DNA of 64,000 bases, taken from contig NC_068989.1 of the NCBI RefSeq assembly GCF_001194135.2, positions 88,587,267-88,651,266 on the forward strand, read 5' to 3'. The translations under genes were made by a program, and so were the position numbers. The stretch's first letter is position 1. The number at the start of each line of letters is the position of its first letter. The notes under the pieces are model-generated. The model ran no database searches. It was not told where the DNA came from and saw only the letters and a program-made list of their open reading frames with translations. Of the stretch, positions 23,600 through 36,290 are shown piece after piece. Source of the stretch: Octopus bimaculoides. Lineage: Eukaryota.

Positions 23600-25587
23600 G
23601 ATATAAACAGTTTCGTCGTTGGAATTTCTTTTGGCGTAGTATGTGTATGTGCGTGTACACACACACACACAAACACACATATATGCGCGTGTGCAGTCTT
23701 TCCAAATACTCCGGCTTTTAAAGTTTCACTTCTTCACAATTTCGGTTCATACACCCTAATAAATAAGTCGGGAAGAAAAGTACTACACATACACCCATGT
23801 ATCGAGGGGTATGTCAGCTCTCTTTTCTGTACTGTATACACTAAATGTCGTGCATTAATACATATTTCACGGCATGGCTTAAATAAACACAGAATGACCT
23901 TAATACTACATAATAACGATAGGTATATATCGTTATGACTTTGTTAAAAGCTAATTTACTATGAATCTATTATTCTTTTAGAGGTAATATTTGCACCACT
24001 TTCATAATTTATTTCCTCATAAAATAATAGCAACTGTCCATAAATCTAATTTCTTTCTACATCTGCAATTAATACATCTCACTGGAAACAGAAGTGTTTT
24101 ACCTCTCGATTGTGTGTGTATATAGGTTTAGTGGAACACACACACACATTACATATACATAGTGTAATGTATGAAACTCGGTTATAGCCGCTGTATGTGT
24201 GTGGATGTTCGCACGGTGTTTCAACTCTCAATTGTTTGTGGTGTATCTAGGGTAGTAAGTATGTATAAAAATGCGTGAGCGCCCGCGCGCTGGAAATATG
24301 AATTTCACACATTCAGATACTTCGATATAGAAATAGAAAACCTATTTTGATTAGTTTAGTTAGATACGTATATTGTACGCACAGACAATATATAAATATT
24401 TTTATATAGTATCTGTGAGTAATACAAAAACACTTATTGAATACATAGTGTTTTAGTTCTTAAATTTATGATATCAAATCTCAAAGGACATGACAATGAA
24501 TTTATATTCGATTAATGAAGAAAGTCATTATTTTTTATTTTCCTAGAGGAAGTATTATATTGGCTTAGGCACCTGTCAAAATGTCAATCTGAACAAGCTT
24601 AGAGAACGAAGTCCACTTTCTAAATAATAAAGTATGTTTTCAAAGAAATTAACGACAATTTCATCGCGAAAGAAATATTACTATTAAAAAAAAAAGTATA
24701 TTAAACCAGTAATTATATGGAAGTTTTCGCAATCATTCGGAAGTGAACTCGGTTTATTAAGCTTGTTGACGTTTGCGGACAAAATCTCAAGTTCTATCTT
24801 ATATGGCAATATCAACAAAAACAAAACAAAAAATATCGCTTTACCATTCTATCAGTGCATAATCTTGTATTGTAATACGGTTTTAAGAAAAAGACATTTA
24901 TTACGTTCTGATTGCACATTAAAAAAAAAAATAACGGTTCAAACCTGTTTTCTTTTTTTTTTTCCCCAACAAGTAATTTGTAAAATGCCTTGGAAAGAAC
25001 TAAGATAGAATTCCAACTGAAAAGAATATAATTTCAATATGTGCAATACGTCATTGTTTTGTGAGGTCTTTCCCAGAATCCATTGCGTTCTAGAGTTGTA
25101 GAAGAATCAAAGTAAAATGGCGACTAATGTATATAGTGTTAACTATAGAAAACATAATCGGATAAAATTCTAATAGATATGCTTTTATTTTAGTCATCAG
25201 CTTATGTTTTTGTTAGAATATGGATTACTAAATCTGATGACAAAGATATTTTTAGTAAATACGGTGTGGTTATCTCAATACCGGTGAAAATTTAATGAGA
25301 TCATTCCCCCCCGTTGTTGTGCTTTCTCTTCCTTATGATATTATAACAGTTCCCTCAATTATTATATTTAAATAGTATAAAACAGCTTCCTTTATAATAT
25401 TTTTTAACCATTATCCTTATTTCATTTGCTTACATTCAGGAATAACTTTCATTCTTAAACAAACAGACGGTTTAATTGAGGTATTTTTAAAACAGGGCTA
25501 TCGAGCCATCTTGCGACAGCGTCATGTGCAACAAGTTCGGCTTAAACCAACAATAGAAAACAGCCACAGTGTGGTTTGTAGTGGACG
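23600..25587. promoter_or_regulatory. Putative shared divergent promoter / 5' UTR region of INPP1 and CDK12
   Basis: No SINE or RTE copy recognised, unlike the flanks. CpG cluster GCGTGAGCGCCCGCGCGC at 24273-24290. YY1-like AAAATGGCG at 25114-25122. Candidate plus-strand donor GTAAGT at 24255 and acceptor cattcag at 25439. TSS positions are not determinable from sequence. Confidence 0.45.
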
Positions 25588-26615
25588 ATGCCTGGCACAC
25601 GAAGCCACAGAGGCCTCGTGTTTGATGAGTTTGATGCACGGGCCTACGCCCATTTGGTGCCATCAAGTTTAAAGAAGCACAAGAAACAAAAACACAAATC
25701 GAAAAAAAAGCGGATACGTGAAAGAGAGAAATCTAGTTCGTCGACTAAACCATTAGTTGACTATGATGAACTGTCTTCGGATTCCAACCTAGAGTCGCCC
25801 ATTGATTGTGGACCGGCTTCTGGTCACCCGAGCAGCAGGGTTGCGTCGAACCGGGAACGAGACAAGCGGGGACAATCTCCGGCGACAGCTATCAAGATGT
25901 ACCTGACTGAGAGAAGTCACAGCAACTCGCCTGCAATGCTGGATAGTAGAAGGAGCCGAAGTAGAAGTCCAACCCCTTATCATCCGCCAACCCGCAAGAA
26001 GAGCAAAAAAAGCCGTCGTTACTCGCCGACTGAATCACATCCACAGCTCCACCAAGCACCTCCACCACTACCCCAGTCACGGTCGACTGATCGTGACCGC
26101 CTGGACCGACACGACAGAACTTCCTATGTGGAATCAATTTCTTCGCCGAGGAGGTACTGCGAAATTCCGAAGGCCTATGCTGAAGTGTCCCGGCAAGCAT
26201 ACATTGAAACGCCTAGGGCTTATGCGGAAATCCAGTCTCCAGTAAGGCCCGAACCAGGCTACACTCGAAGTCCCCAATATCATTATCGCAGTGAAACTCG
26301 CGATCATACTATCGGGGCCCAGTCCTCTAGCCGACGACGGAGCCGCAACAGAAAAGGAAACCACAGTCGAACTTTCTCTCCGGAACCTCCTCCGAGGGCT
26401 TACGATGACAATCGTGGTTATACGGATACCCCTAGGGCTTACACAGACACTCCAAGGGCTTACCCGGATCCGCCGAGGGCTTACAACGACAGAACACAGT
26501 CTTTCGGTTATCGGAACCAAAGGGGTAATAGCCCCATCTCTCCTGCTCGGAAACGGTACAGATCTCGAACACCTAGTCCACCACATCGAGCCAGGAGAGA
26601 AGATACACCGCCAAG
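25588..26615 (+). CDS. CDK12: CDK12/13 cyclin-dependent kinase, first coding exon (basic NLS, KPLVDYDELSSDS motif, RS/Pro-rich region)
   Basis: 343-aa ORF. KKHKKQKHKSKKKR and KPLVDYDELSSDS match the recalled CDK12/13 N-terminal KPLVEYDDISSDS motif; RS/SP repeats follow. Strong donor AAG|GTAAGA at 26616, phase 2. The kinase domain is not in the window, so the call rests on the N-terminal motif. Confidence 0.85.
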
Positions 26616-26963
26616 GTAAGATTAATTAACTATTTTTTATTTATTAAATTTCTCCCCCCCTCCCTTCTTTCTCACAAACACTACAGTAAAATACATTTTA
26701 AACAAGTCATTACATTATATCTACATCTATTTACAGAAACATTTCAAAACATTTACACTGAATTATTTGATAACACACATAAAACCACTGGGTTTTCTTT
26801 TTCCCCTTGTTTCTCTCTCTCTCTCTGTTCTCTAATCTCCATTTGTTAGTGATACCGGTTTTGTTTTTCGTCTCAAACATTAACTGATAACATCCAACTT
26901 TTAACTCCACTATCTATACTAACAAATACTATCGACTATATTAAACTCTGTGCATACACACAC

Positions 26964-27051
26964 TCATTCCACAAAATAAGCATAATGCGTTTTTAGCCTA
27001 GTTCTTGGAAGTACACACACGTATACGGGCATATATGTTTGTGTATGTGTG

Positions 27052-27136
<85 letters not shown>

Positions 27137-27179
27137 GTGTGTGTATATATATGTATATATATGTGTGTGTATATATATG

Positions 27180-27256
<77 letters not shown>

Positions 27257-27260
27257 TAGC
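26964..27260. repeat. Compound (TA)n/(TG)n microsatellite
   Basis: Directly visible; source of spurious HTHT/YIYI ORFs. Similar tracts at about 31600-31860, 46960-47190, 51845-51885 and 63935-64000. Confidence 0.95.
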
Positions 27261-27913
27261 CTCAACCATCTGCAATATATGTATTTCACGTCCATCATAA
27301 CCATTATTATAGCCAAATGTTGAAAAGCTTTAAAATTATAAACAAAACACAAACGAAATAGGTTAATTACTTAATTATCACTCAACACAGTCCTCTCAGT
27401 TTTTTTCCTTTTTATGCATAACTAAATATGTGTTGTGTATGATGAATACGAATATATGTCTGTCTCTATTTGAATGTAAGTGTAATTGTATGTGGGTCTA
27501 AGTGGGGTTTTTTTTTAATCACCGCGCGCCGCGTATTTTTAATAAAAGCCAGTAAATTACTAGGATATTGAGAAAATAGAAGGGTTCTTAATGCACTTGA
27601 CTGGTGTGTATATTGTTTCTTTGCTGCAAAGTCTTAATGGGAGCGCCAGTTTCTTAAAACAATATTAATACTTGGTTATATAATGAAACTTTCAAAAAAA
27701 TTTGCTGCTATGTCGTAACGCAATTAGCGCCTTTAATAATCGTACTGTCGAATGAAAAAAGGTTGGAAATTATATATATACACATATTTGTATGTGTTAA
27801 TATATATATGTATATAAATAAAAATAAAATAGTGACTGTATAAGTGCATGTTATATAAATGTGTATATACTGTACATATTTATATAAATATATACGCAGA
27901 TATACAGAAAAAT

Positions 27914-28659
27914 NNNNNNNNNNNNNNNNNNNNNNNNNNNNNNNNNNNNNNNNNNNNNNNNNNNNNNNNNNNNNNNNNNNNNNNNNNNNNNNNNNNNNNN
28001 NNNNNNNNNNNNNNNNNNNNNNNNNNNNNNNNNNNNNNNNNNNNNNNNNNNNNNNNNNNNNNNNNNNNNNNNNNNNNNNNNNNNNNNNNNNNNNNNNNNN
28101 NNNNNNNNNNNNNNNNNNNNNNNNNNNNNNNNNNNNNNNNNNNNNNNNNNNNNNNNNNNNNNNNNNNNNNNNNNNNNNNNNNNNNNNNNNNNNNNNNNNN
28201 NNNNNNNNNNNNNNNNNNNNNNNNNNNNNNNNNNNNNNNNNNNNNNNNNNNNNNNNNNNNNNNNNNNNNNNNNNNNNNNNNNNNNNNNNNNNNNNNNNNN
28301 NNNNNNNNNNNNNNNNNNNNNNNNNNNNNNNNNNNNNNNNNNNNNNNNNNNNNNNNNNNNNNNNNNNNNNNNNNNNNNNNNNNNNNNNNNNNNNNNNNNN
28401 NNNNNNNNNNNNNNNNNNNNNNNNNNNNNNNNNNNNNNNNNNNNNNNNNNNNNNNNNNNNNNNNNNNNNNNNNNNNNNNNNNNNNNNNNNNNNNNNNNNN
28501 NNNNNNNNNNNNNNNNNNNNNNNNNNNNNNNNNNNNNNNNNNNNNNNNNNNNNNNNNNNNNNNNNNNNNNNNNNNNNNNNNNNNNNNNNNNNNNNNNNNN
28601 NNNNNNNNNNNNNNNNNNNNNNNNNNNNNNNNNNNNNNNNNNNNNNNNNNNNNNNNNNN
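27914..28659. other. Assembly gap (N run); others at 29262-29445, 37551-38109, 54015-54208 and 57980-58666
   Basis: Runs of n, several bordered by (TA)n. Confidence 1.
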
Positions 28660-29078
28660 ATATATATATATATATTAATAGGTTAGTATGATCCAAAGAT
28701 CCTGGTGTAGGAAGCTGGTGAGCTTCAAGCCTGTCTGCAGCTAGTGTAGATGACAAAAGGTGGACAGTATATGAGAAAAAGCATTTGTTAACCATTGTAA
28801 GTTACACACTTTGCTCCATATTGAAATCAATGGACATTTCGATGAGTTGACAGTAACCATACAACTCAGAGTTTAGCAAGTAAAATTGCTAAAAAAAGCA
28901 AATGAAAATCCAACAATGTAACGAATGGGAAAAATAAATAAGAACTACACATGTTTCATAGCTAAAACATTGTTGCTTGACTTAATACGGCAGGTTTTAT
29001 GTGTGTTACAAGTCATGTAACAAACATTGTTTTTGGTATGAAATATTTATAGTTTTTACCTTTACTATTCCTTACTTT

Positions 29079-29117
<39 letters not shown>

Positions 29118-29154
29118 CACTTAAGTTCATTCTGACCAACAATTACTTCCTGTT

Positions 29155-29261
29155 TGCAGACACATACTTTCGCCAAAAATGTGGTATCGTGATGGGTACT
29201 AAAGCTGCACCAGTCCTTGCAAACCTCATAATGGGTTTTTTTGAATTAACACTATATGAAA
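29155..29261 (+). mobile_element. Penelope-like element RT fragment running into a gap
   Basis: YFRQKCGIVMGTKAAPVLANLIMGFFE matches the PLE Y.Q..G..MG...AP..ANL.MG..E motif. Confidence 0.7.
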
Positions 29262-29504
29262 NNNNNNNNNNNNNNNNNNNNNNNNNNNNNNNNNNNNNNN
29301 NNNNNNNNNNNNNNNNNNNNNNNNNNNNNNNNNNNNNNNNNNNNNNNNNNNNNNNNNNNNNNNNNNNNNNNNNNNNNNNNNNNNNNNNNNNNNNNNNNNN
29401 NNNNNNNNNNNNNNNNNNNNNNNNNNNNNNNNNNNNNNNNNNNNNAAGTACCTTGGATCGTAGGGCAACATGCCATGCTTGAGGAGACCTATTAATCAAA
29501 ATCA

Positions 29505-29851
29505 AATCAAATGGAAATTGTAGTTGTGAGCCGTGTGCCAGTAGCACGTAAAAAGCACCATCTGAACGTGGCCGATGCCAGCACCGCCTTGACTGGCTTC
29601 TGTGCCCGTCGCATGTAAAAAACAACATCCGATCGTGGTCGATACCAGCACCTCTGGCCCCTGTACCAGTGGCAGGTAAAAAGTACCCACTACACTCTTA
29701 TAGTGGTTGGCGTTAGGAAGGACATCCAGCTGTAAAAACACTGCCAGATCAGAATGGGGCCTGGTGCAGCCTCCTGGCTTCCCAGACCCCAGTCGAACCG
29801 TCCAACCCATGCCAGCATGGAAAACGGACATTAAACGATGATGATGATGAT
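29505..29851 (+). mobile_element. RTE 3' end with about three subunits
   Basis: Core plus CCATGCCAGCATGG and (GAT)n running into (TA)n. Confidence 0.82.
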
Positions 29852-31770
29852 ATATATATGTATATATATAATGTGATTATTACTAATATCTAAAACAGTT
29901 TGATTCAGCCTCATAACAGGAACCTAGCTCATTGGGCTGTTTTAAAAAATAATATATGTAACTTCTACTAAATTTGCTGAGTGCCTCTTTCTTTCATTTG
30001 TCCACTGACTTTATATAGATATATATAGATATAGATATGTATATAAATATATATCTATAAATTATTCTGTTTTACATCTGCTATGTCGGAATGTGTTTGA
30101 TGGATTTACTTATCTTTATGTGTTGAAATTTGAGAATCCTCTCGTCTTTCACATTTCATTTTGGCTTGGTTTCTATAGCTGGATACCCTTCCTAACACCA
30201 GTCACTTTACTGAGCATATTGGGTGCTTTTTCCATGCAGTCAGCACTAAAGTAGCTTCATAACCTCATCACAAAGAGTTCTCACAACCCTACAGCCCTGC
30301 TCTCTCATCAGCCTCTTTATAGAGCGAAAAGCACGAATGACCGTGATTAGAGGGTTATGTGATAGGGAGAGCAGTGGTAAGTGTACTCAGTATTCTGAGA
30401 TAGGGATGTATATTTAAGGTCGATCTGACTTAAATGGTAGGGAGGTGCCAAAAGATTGTGAATCTGAGGATAGAGCTGTTGTGGGCAAACTGCGATCCAC
30501 GGGACTTTCTGAATTGCATGCCGATGAAAAATTACCTTGAATTTTTTTAATAGTGCTGCCCACCTGGTGATGAGCCATGCTTCACATGGTTCACTTCTTG
30601 AAAAGGTTGGCCATGCTTGGGATAAAGCAGTGACAGAAGAATGGCAGAGGCCCAAGATGTGAGAGAAAAATTGAATAAGAATATGCTGATATGGAGTGAT
30701 GATAGGTAGTACAGGTGGGAGGCATGAAGGTAGAGTGAACTGGGCACAAGGTGGTTCAGAATGGCTACCTGTACATTGGCAATGAGATGGGCACTGGTGC
30801 TGGTGCCACATATAAAGCACTGGTGCTGGTGCCACATAAAAAGAACCCAGTTCACTTTATAAAGTGGTTGGCTTAAGGAAGGGCATTCAGCTGTAGAAAC
30901 CATGCCAGAACAGACACTGGAGCTTGGTGCAGCCCCTGTCAAACTGTTCAACCCACGTTAGCATGGAAAATGGATGTTAAATGATGATGATGATGGGCCA
31001 GAGCGGGTTTGAGTGGTGGTAGGGTGAATGCCAAGTAAGTGGACCCTGTAGATCCTGGACCAGAGAATAGCATAAAGGAGTGATGAGGAGGAAGTGAGAC
31101 CAAGTGCAGTGGCATTCTTATTGGAAGCAATGGAAGCAGCAGAAGAGATTCACCACCTTCTGCAGTCATACTGGAGCATAGGTAGTGTGAGATATAAGAA
31201 GAGAATGGAGTGATTGAGAGATGCACCATAAGTAGAGTGAGCAGTAGACAAGGAATGAAGGTAGGGGTGAACAGGCAATGTGTAATAAGGTCAGAGGGAA
31301 GTGAGTGCAATGTCTGGGGAGCAGAAATGAGAACCGTTGCCATCTTTTAATCTTACTGACAGCAATATACAATGTAATTGATAAAAGGAAAGAGGAAGAG
31401 ATGAGTAATAGGGGCATGGATGGAGAGGACATGTATGACAGTATGAGTAATATCCAGACAGGGTGGGGCGTGTATGTGTGTTGCTAGGAACAAGAGATAG
31501 AGAGGTGAGAGGCTATCAAGAGGTCATCATAAGACTAAGCAGTTGGTAGATAGATAGTCACGCAAACACATGTGCACATAGGTACATAGATATGTCTCGT
31601 GGTACATACCTGTATATATATATATTCAAGTGTATATATGTATATATGTGTGTGTATATATTTATATATGTATGTGTGTATATATATATATATATGTATA
31701 TAATATATGTGTGTATGTGTATATATATATATGTATGTGTATATAATGTGTATATGTATATATATGTGTG

Positions 31771-31813
<43 letters not shown>

Positions 31814-31816
31814 GTA

Positions 31817-31849
<33 letters not shown>

Positions 31850-32684
31850 GTATGATTTAAATGTGTGTATGTGATCAAATAAAAACAGGGAAAAGACAAC
31901 AGAAATCAATTAGATGTTCCCAGTGACTCTATCAGATTGATGCTCAGTGAAAGGTTCAGATGGGAAAATAGTGGAAACGAGTAGCAGTGAGGGGACTTAG
32001 CCGTAGGAAGAGGAGGAGGAGAAGTAAGAAAAAGGGCACTGTCAGGGAGGAGGAAGAAGGGAGGTGTAAGGGTTACAGAAAGACTCCCAATCAGTGTACT
32101 CTGAGGGAATGCAAAGGTGTAACATAATCTAAGTGTAAATAAAGTTGATTCAGGAATTAAATATATTAAATGATTGACATAGAAGATCCGTGTGAGAGTA
32201 GGATAACAGGCAAATAAAAACAGGAAGTCAATTTATATATCTTTATATATTATCATCATCATCATCATCATAACACCCACTTTTCCATGCCTGCATGGGT
32301 CAGGTGAAATTTTTGTCCCGAGTCACATTTTTATATGGCTGAATGCCCTTCCTGTGTTGCCAATCCTCTCCTGTTTTCATGAAAGGTTGGAGATGGACAC
32401 CACTTGTATGATGGTGACACTTGCTTACAACTATCAACATACACACTCACAGACATGCATATATACATATATATATAGGTATATATNNNNNNNNNNTTTT
32501 AAAATGAATGTCTTTTAAAACATTATATTACATTTCAATTTCTATCTTACAATTAACTAAATTCGCATAGAATAATGGTGTCATATTTTTTTTATAATTA
32601 AGATCTAAACTGTTAATATATGAATGCAAAAGAGATAGTTGAATAACTGTAAACCTACTTTTGGGTTACTCTGTATGTATATAT

Positions 32685-33112
32685 ATCATCATCATCATCA
32701 TCGTTTAACGTCCGCTTTCCATGCTAGCATGGGTTGGACGATTTGATTGAGGACTGGTGAAACCAGATGGCTACACCAGGCTCCAATCTGATTTGGCAGA
32801 GTTTCTACAGCTGGATGCCCTTCCTAACGCCAACCACTCAGAGAGTGTAGTGGGTGCTTTTACGTGTCACCCGCACGAAGGCCAGTCAGGCGGTATATGT
32901 TGAGGCCTTTTGCAGGCAATGACCAAGACCTTTGGCTTTATGTCATGCTTGAGAAGAAGACCCAAGCCGAGCAGATACCAGTGTCATTCAAGTTGGCACC
33001 TGTGCCAGTGGCATGTAAACGCACCCCAGTGTCACGCAAATGGCACCCATGCTGGTGGCATATAAAAGCACCTATTACACACTTGGAGTGGTTGACATTA
33101 GGAATGCTTAGA
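32685..33112. mobile_element. Young minus-strand RTE 3' end (32685-32893) joined head-to-head to an older plus-strand RTE end (32905-33112)
   Basis: The plus copy begins with the ORF-end sequence GACCAAGACCTTTGG...GAGAAGA, as seen in 16148-16695. Confidence 0.72.
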
Positions 33113-33269
33113 ACAAAGTGGTGAAATTTGATCTGAAGATGTTGTCCAGGAGAGCTGCCACAAAGAACAATAGTTCTAATACAATTCCCCAAGGGGACTC
33201 ACAATTAATGTAATTAATATCTCTTCTGCAAGAGTAACATTTGCCACAGCTACCTAACATCTACCTTTT

Positions 33270-35040
33270 CAAAAGTCTTGAAGCCTCTCCTGTAGTTTCA
33301 TTTTGTGACATTTCATTTCAAGATCAACTTTATTGAAGGCCTTCTCAAAGTTGACACATATCACATTTGTATTTGATTGAGCTGCAGATGTTTTGGCAGC
33401 TCCTACCTGGATAGAAGCTCTGTTGTATGTTAGTGAATAAATAATTTCTTCTGAGAAATCAGCTTCCCTTGATAATTCATTCCATGATTTTACTGAAATC
33501 AGAAAGATAGGCATATAATTTTTAGTTTCTGCTCTGCTCTGTTCTCTTTGAATGAAGCATATTATGACTTCTTTTAACTTTTGGGGGAGTTTACCACTTG
33601 CAAGGAAACTGGTAAAATATGATGCTAGATCATCATCATCATCATCATCATACATCTGTTTTCCAGCATTGGCATGGGTTGGCTGTTTGACAGGAGCTGG
33701 CAAAGTGGAGAGCTGCATCATACTCCAGTTGTATGTCTTGGCATGGTTTCTATGGCTGGATGCCCTTCCTAATATCAACCACTTCAGAGACAGTCCTTAT
33801 ACTTTTTACATGGTACCAACACAAGTGCTTTTTATGTAGCACTTGCCTTTTTACATATTCCTGAGAGATTCTCTGTGAAAGCATCAGGGCCTGTTGCTGT
33901 GCTTAAATTAATTTTGTCTCATCCTCGTCATTAATTAACATCCATTTTCCATACTGACATGAGTTGGACCATCTATGGTTGATATTGTATCTCCCTCCTT
34001 TATGCCAATGTTACCATGTCCCTGTGGAACTATAATGTCAAAGAACTTGCAAGTGTCCAAGTTCAGACTGGATAGAGTTTGGTTGCTTCTTGTAGGGTGT
34101 ATATCTACAATTGCTTTTGGATCATACATTGTTAGTTTTATTATGTTATGGCCTGAGGAAATTGTTGGTACTACCATCACATTATAGTTGAATTCTTTTT
34201 TCTTCTTCTCTTTGTTATACACACAAACACAGTCATTTACATACACTCACTCTCACTCACACATGCTTGCACACACACATTCATTGATAGAGTTTCCAGA
34301 GTGTCAGATGAATTTCATATTCTGCTTCTCTTTGTACATGGTGTGATGTTCCTTGTCTTCATGTAGTTTGATGTTGAGGCAAGTTCTCCAAGAGAAGTAA
34401 ATTGTTATGTTGGTCCAGTTCTATCAATATGTCCTTTTAATGTTGTCTTCAAATTTCCAATCTTGATTTGTGGCATCAAATGAAAGACATTGCTTCATAT
34501 GCACTGTTAGCATGTCACAATCCGAGTATGACAGAAGAATAAGAGCATGACACCTTCACAAATGTGTATGGCAACTCCACTGTGATTTCTGTCCTATCAG
34601 TATGAACCTAAACCCTTTTGATACCAATCTGGCTGAAACTGGCTCTGGCTCTGTAGTACAAATGTCTTGTTTTCGAAAGTTCTGAATTAAAATCTTCCAG
34701 CAAACCTTAGTCACAATTTATGTTCCTAACACTAGCTGAATGATAACTAAGTTATTTTAATAAATTCTTTATTGTCATATTTAAAATTAATTGAAAGAAA
34801 CACAAAACGAAACAGCATCTCAGAATAAATACGGTAACGAAAGGGTTAATATACTTTGGTAGGTGTATCTCTGTATCAGCTATGTTTGTAGTGAGATGAG
34901 TTTCAGTAAGTGCTGTGCATATTGCTTGCTTGCATGTGTAAAGGTCTGCCAGGTGTGGAATTTTACTTCTATTGTTAAGTTGTTGAGCTGGATTTTCTGT
35001 ATCCGGCAGAAATGAGCTGATTTGAAAGGTGATACCCTGT
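33270..35040 (-). mobile_element. Fragmented CR1-like LINE (APE endonuclease to RT N-terminus)
   Basis: In minus-strand order: ALTETHL..I.DTEI (35000-34870), RNHSGVAI..LLLG (34600-34330), VPTISSGHNII (about 34150), then SGKLPQKLKEV..NY.PI.L..VNFEKAFNKV (33600-33290). Broken by later insertions. Confidence 0.65.
34613..34845. mobile_element. piggyBac-type MITE inside the CR1 endonuclease
   Basis: TIRs CCCTTTTGATACC / GGTAACGAAAGGG; TTAA on the right and TAAA on the left. Confidence 0.7.
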
Positions 35041-36074
35041 ACAACCCATGCCAGCAGGCAAAGCAGATATGAAATGTTGATGATATGTCATCATCATTTT
35101 GATGCCCACTTTTTTATGCTTGCATGGGTCATATGAAGTTTATTGAGGCAGATTTTCTGTGGCCAGAAGCTTTTCCAGCTGCTTACTCACCCGTTCTCAA
35201 GTTAAGCAATATTTCCCCTTGGCCAGACATGTTTTTGTGGAAGAATGGAAATGAATGAGATTCTTTGTATGACAGTGACAATCATTTACATCATGCAGTG
35301 TTAAATCAGAGAGACACATATACACACTCACACACACAAATATACATACATATATACATACTTGTGTATTTAAAAAGGTGTGTGTGTATGTATGTACATG
35401 CATAAGTGCATATATGTTTGTGTGTGTTTCCTCATTTTTACATTCACGATAGTTATAAATAAGTGTCATCGTTATACAGGCAATGTCCATTCATTCCCAA
35501 TATTCTGCAAAAATAATCAGAATCTATTCTACATAATTGCAATTTGCTCCATCGAAAATCCATCTCAGCAAATATAAACATAAATAGATAAGTCAGTGAA
35601 TCAGTGGTACCAAGTAAGCAGTGCCACAATGGCTATGCCAGCATGTCTCCTACTTGAAGTGTGGGCAAAAAGGGTACCTGTGCATGCTCACAACTCCATA
35701 GACATCTTACTTGTGTTGGTGCTGCTTATAAAAGGCAACCAGTGCATTCTGTAGTGATTGAGGAATGAGTATAGAAAATGTAGAATCAAGGATGTGACAT
35801 TCTTTCTGTTGCTGATACCACAATGAAATACATTCAGTATATTCTGTAAAGTTGTTGGTATTAGGAAGGGTACGAAGCTACATAAACCAATCCCAAAATG
35901 GAACAGACAAGTGAGATGTGGTCCTTTGACTTGTAGTTATTTTGAATAAGAATTCATTTGGACTGTGGTGACCAGTCCAACACATGCTAGCAGGAAAAAC
36001 CCTTGTATAATTATGACGTGTGTGTGTGTGCATGAATTTATTTCTGCATGTCTTTGCATCCACAACACTTAGGT

Positions 36075-36290
36075 CATCATCATCATTTAATGTCCGCCTT
36101 CCATGCTAGCATGGGTTGAACGATTTGACTGAGGACTGGTGAACCAGATGGCTACACCAGGCTCAAATCTGATTTGGCAGAGTTTCTACAGCTGGATGCT
36201 CTTCCTAACGCCAACCACTCCAAGAGTGTAGTGGGCACCGGCACGAAGGCCAGTCAGGCAGTACTGGCAATGGCCACGCTCAAAATGGTC
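36075..36290 (-). mobile_element. RTE 3' end, young
   Basis: CCATGCTAGCATGG subfamily. Confidence 0.85.

Noticed and set aside
25789-26629. Antisense and alternative-frame ORFs overlapping CDK12 exon 1
   Set aside because: Expected shadow ORFs of a GC-richer coding exon; no recognisable motifs.
26964-27352. Long HTHT/YIYI/CVCV ORFs here and at about 1035-1467, 31535-31909, 46887-47302, 49400-49845 and 51486-52027
   Set aside because: These are translations of (TA)n/(TG)n microsatellites, not genes.
27848-28795. ORFs of 200-360 aa spanning N runs (also 37161-38267 in part and 57817-58981)
   Set aside because: Artefacts of gaps having no stop codons; only the pre-gap RTE part of 37161 is real coding remnant.
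28680-28795. Candidate CDK12 exon 2 right after the first gap
   Set aside because: Stops in the plausible frames, and no RS- or Pro-rich CDK12-like sequence.
30270-32230. Purine-rich stretches (also 20620-21080, 22600-23500 and 55560-56640) that may be very old LINE remnants on the minus strand
   Set aside because: No diagnostic motif could be read confidently; needs an HMM or RepeatMasker search.
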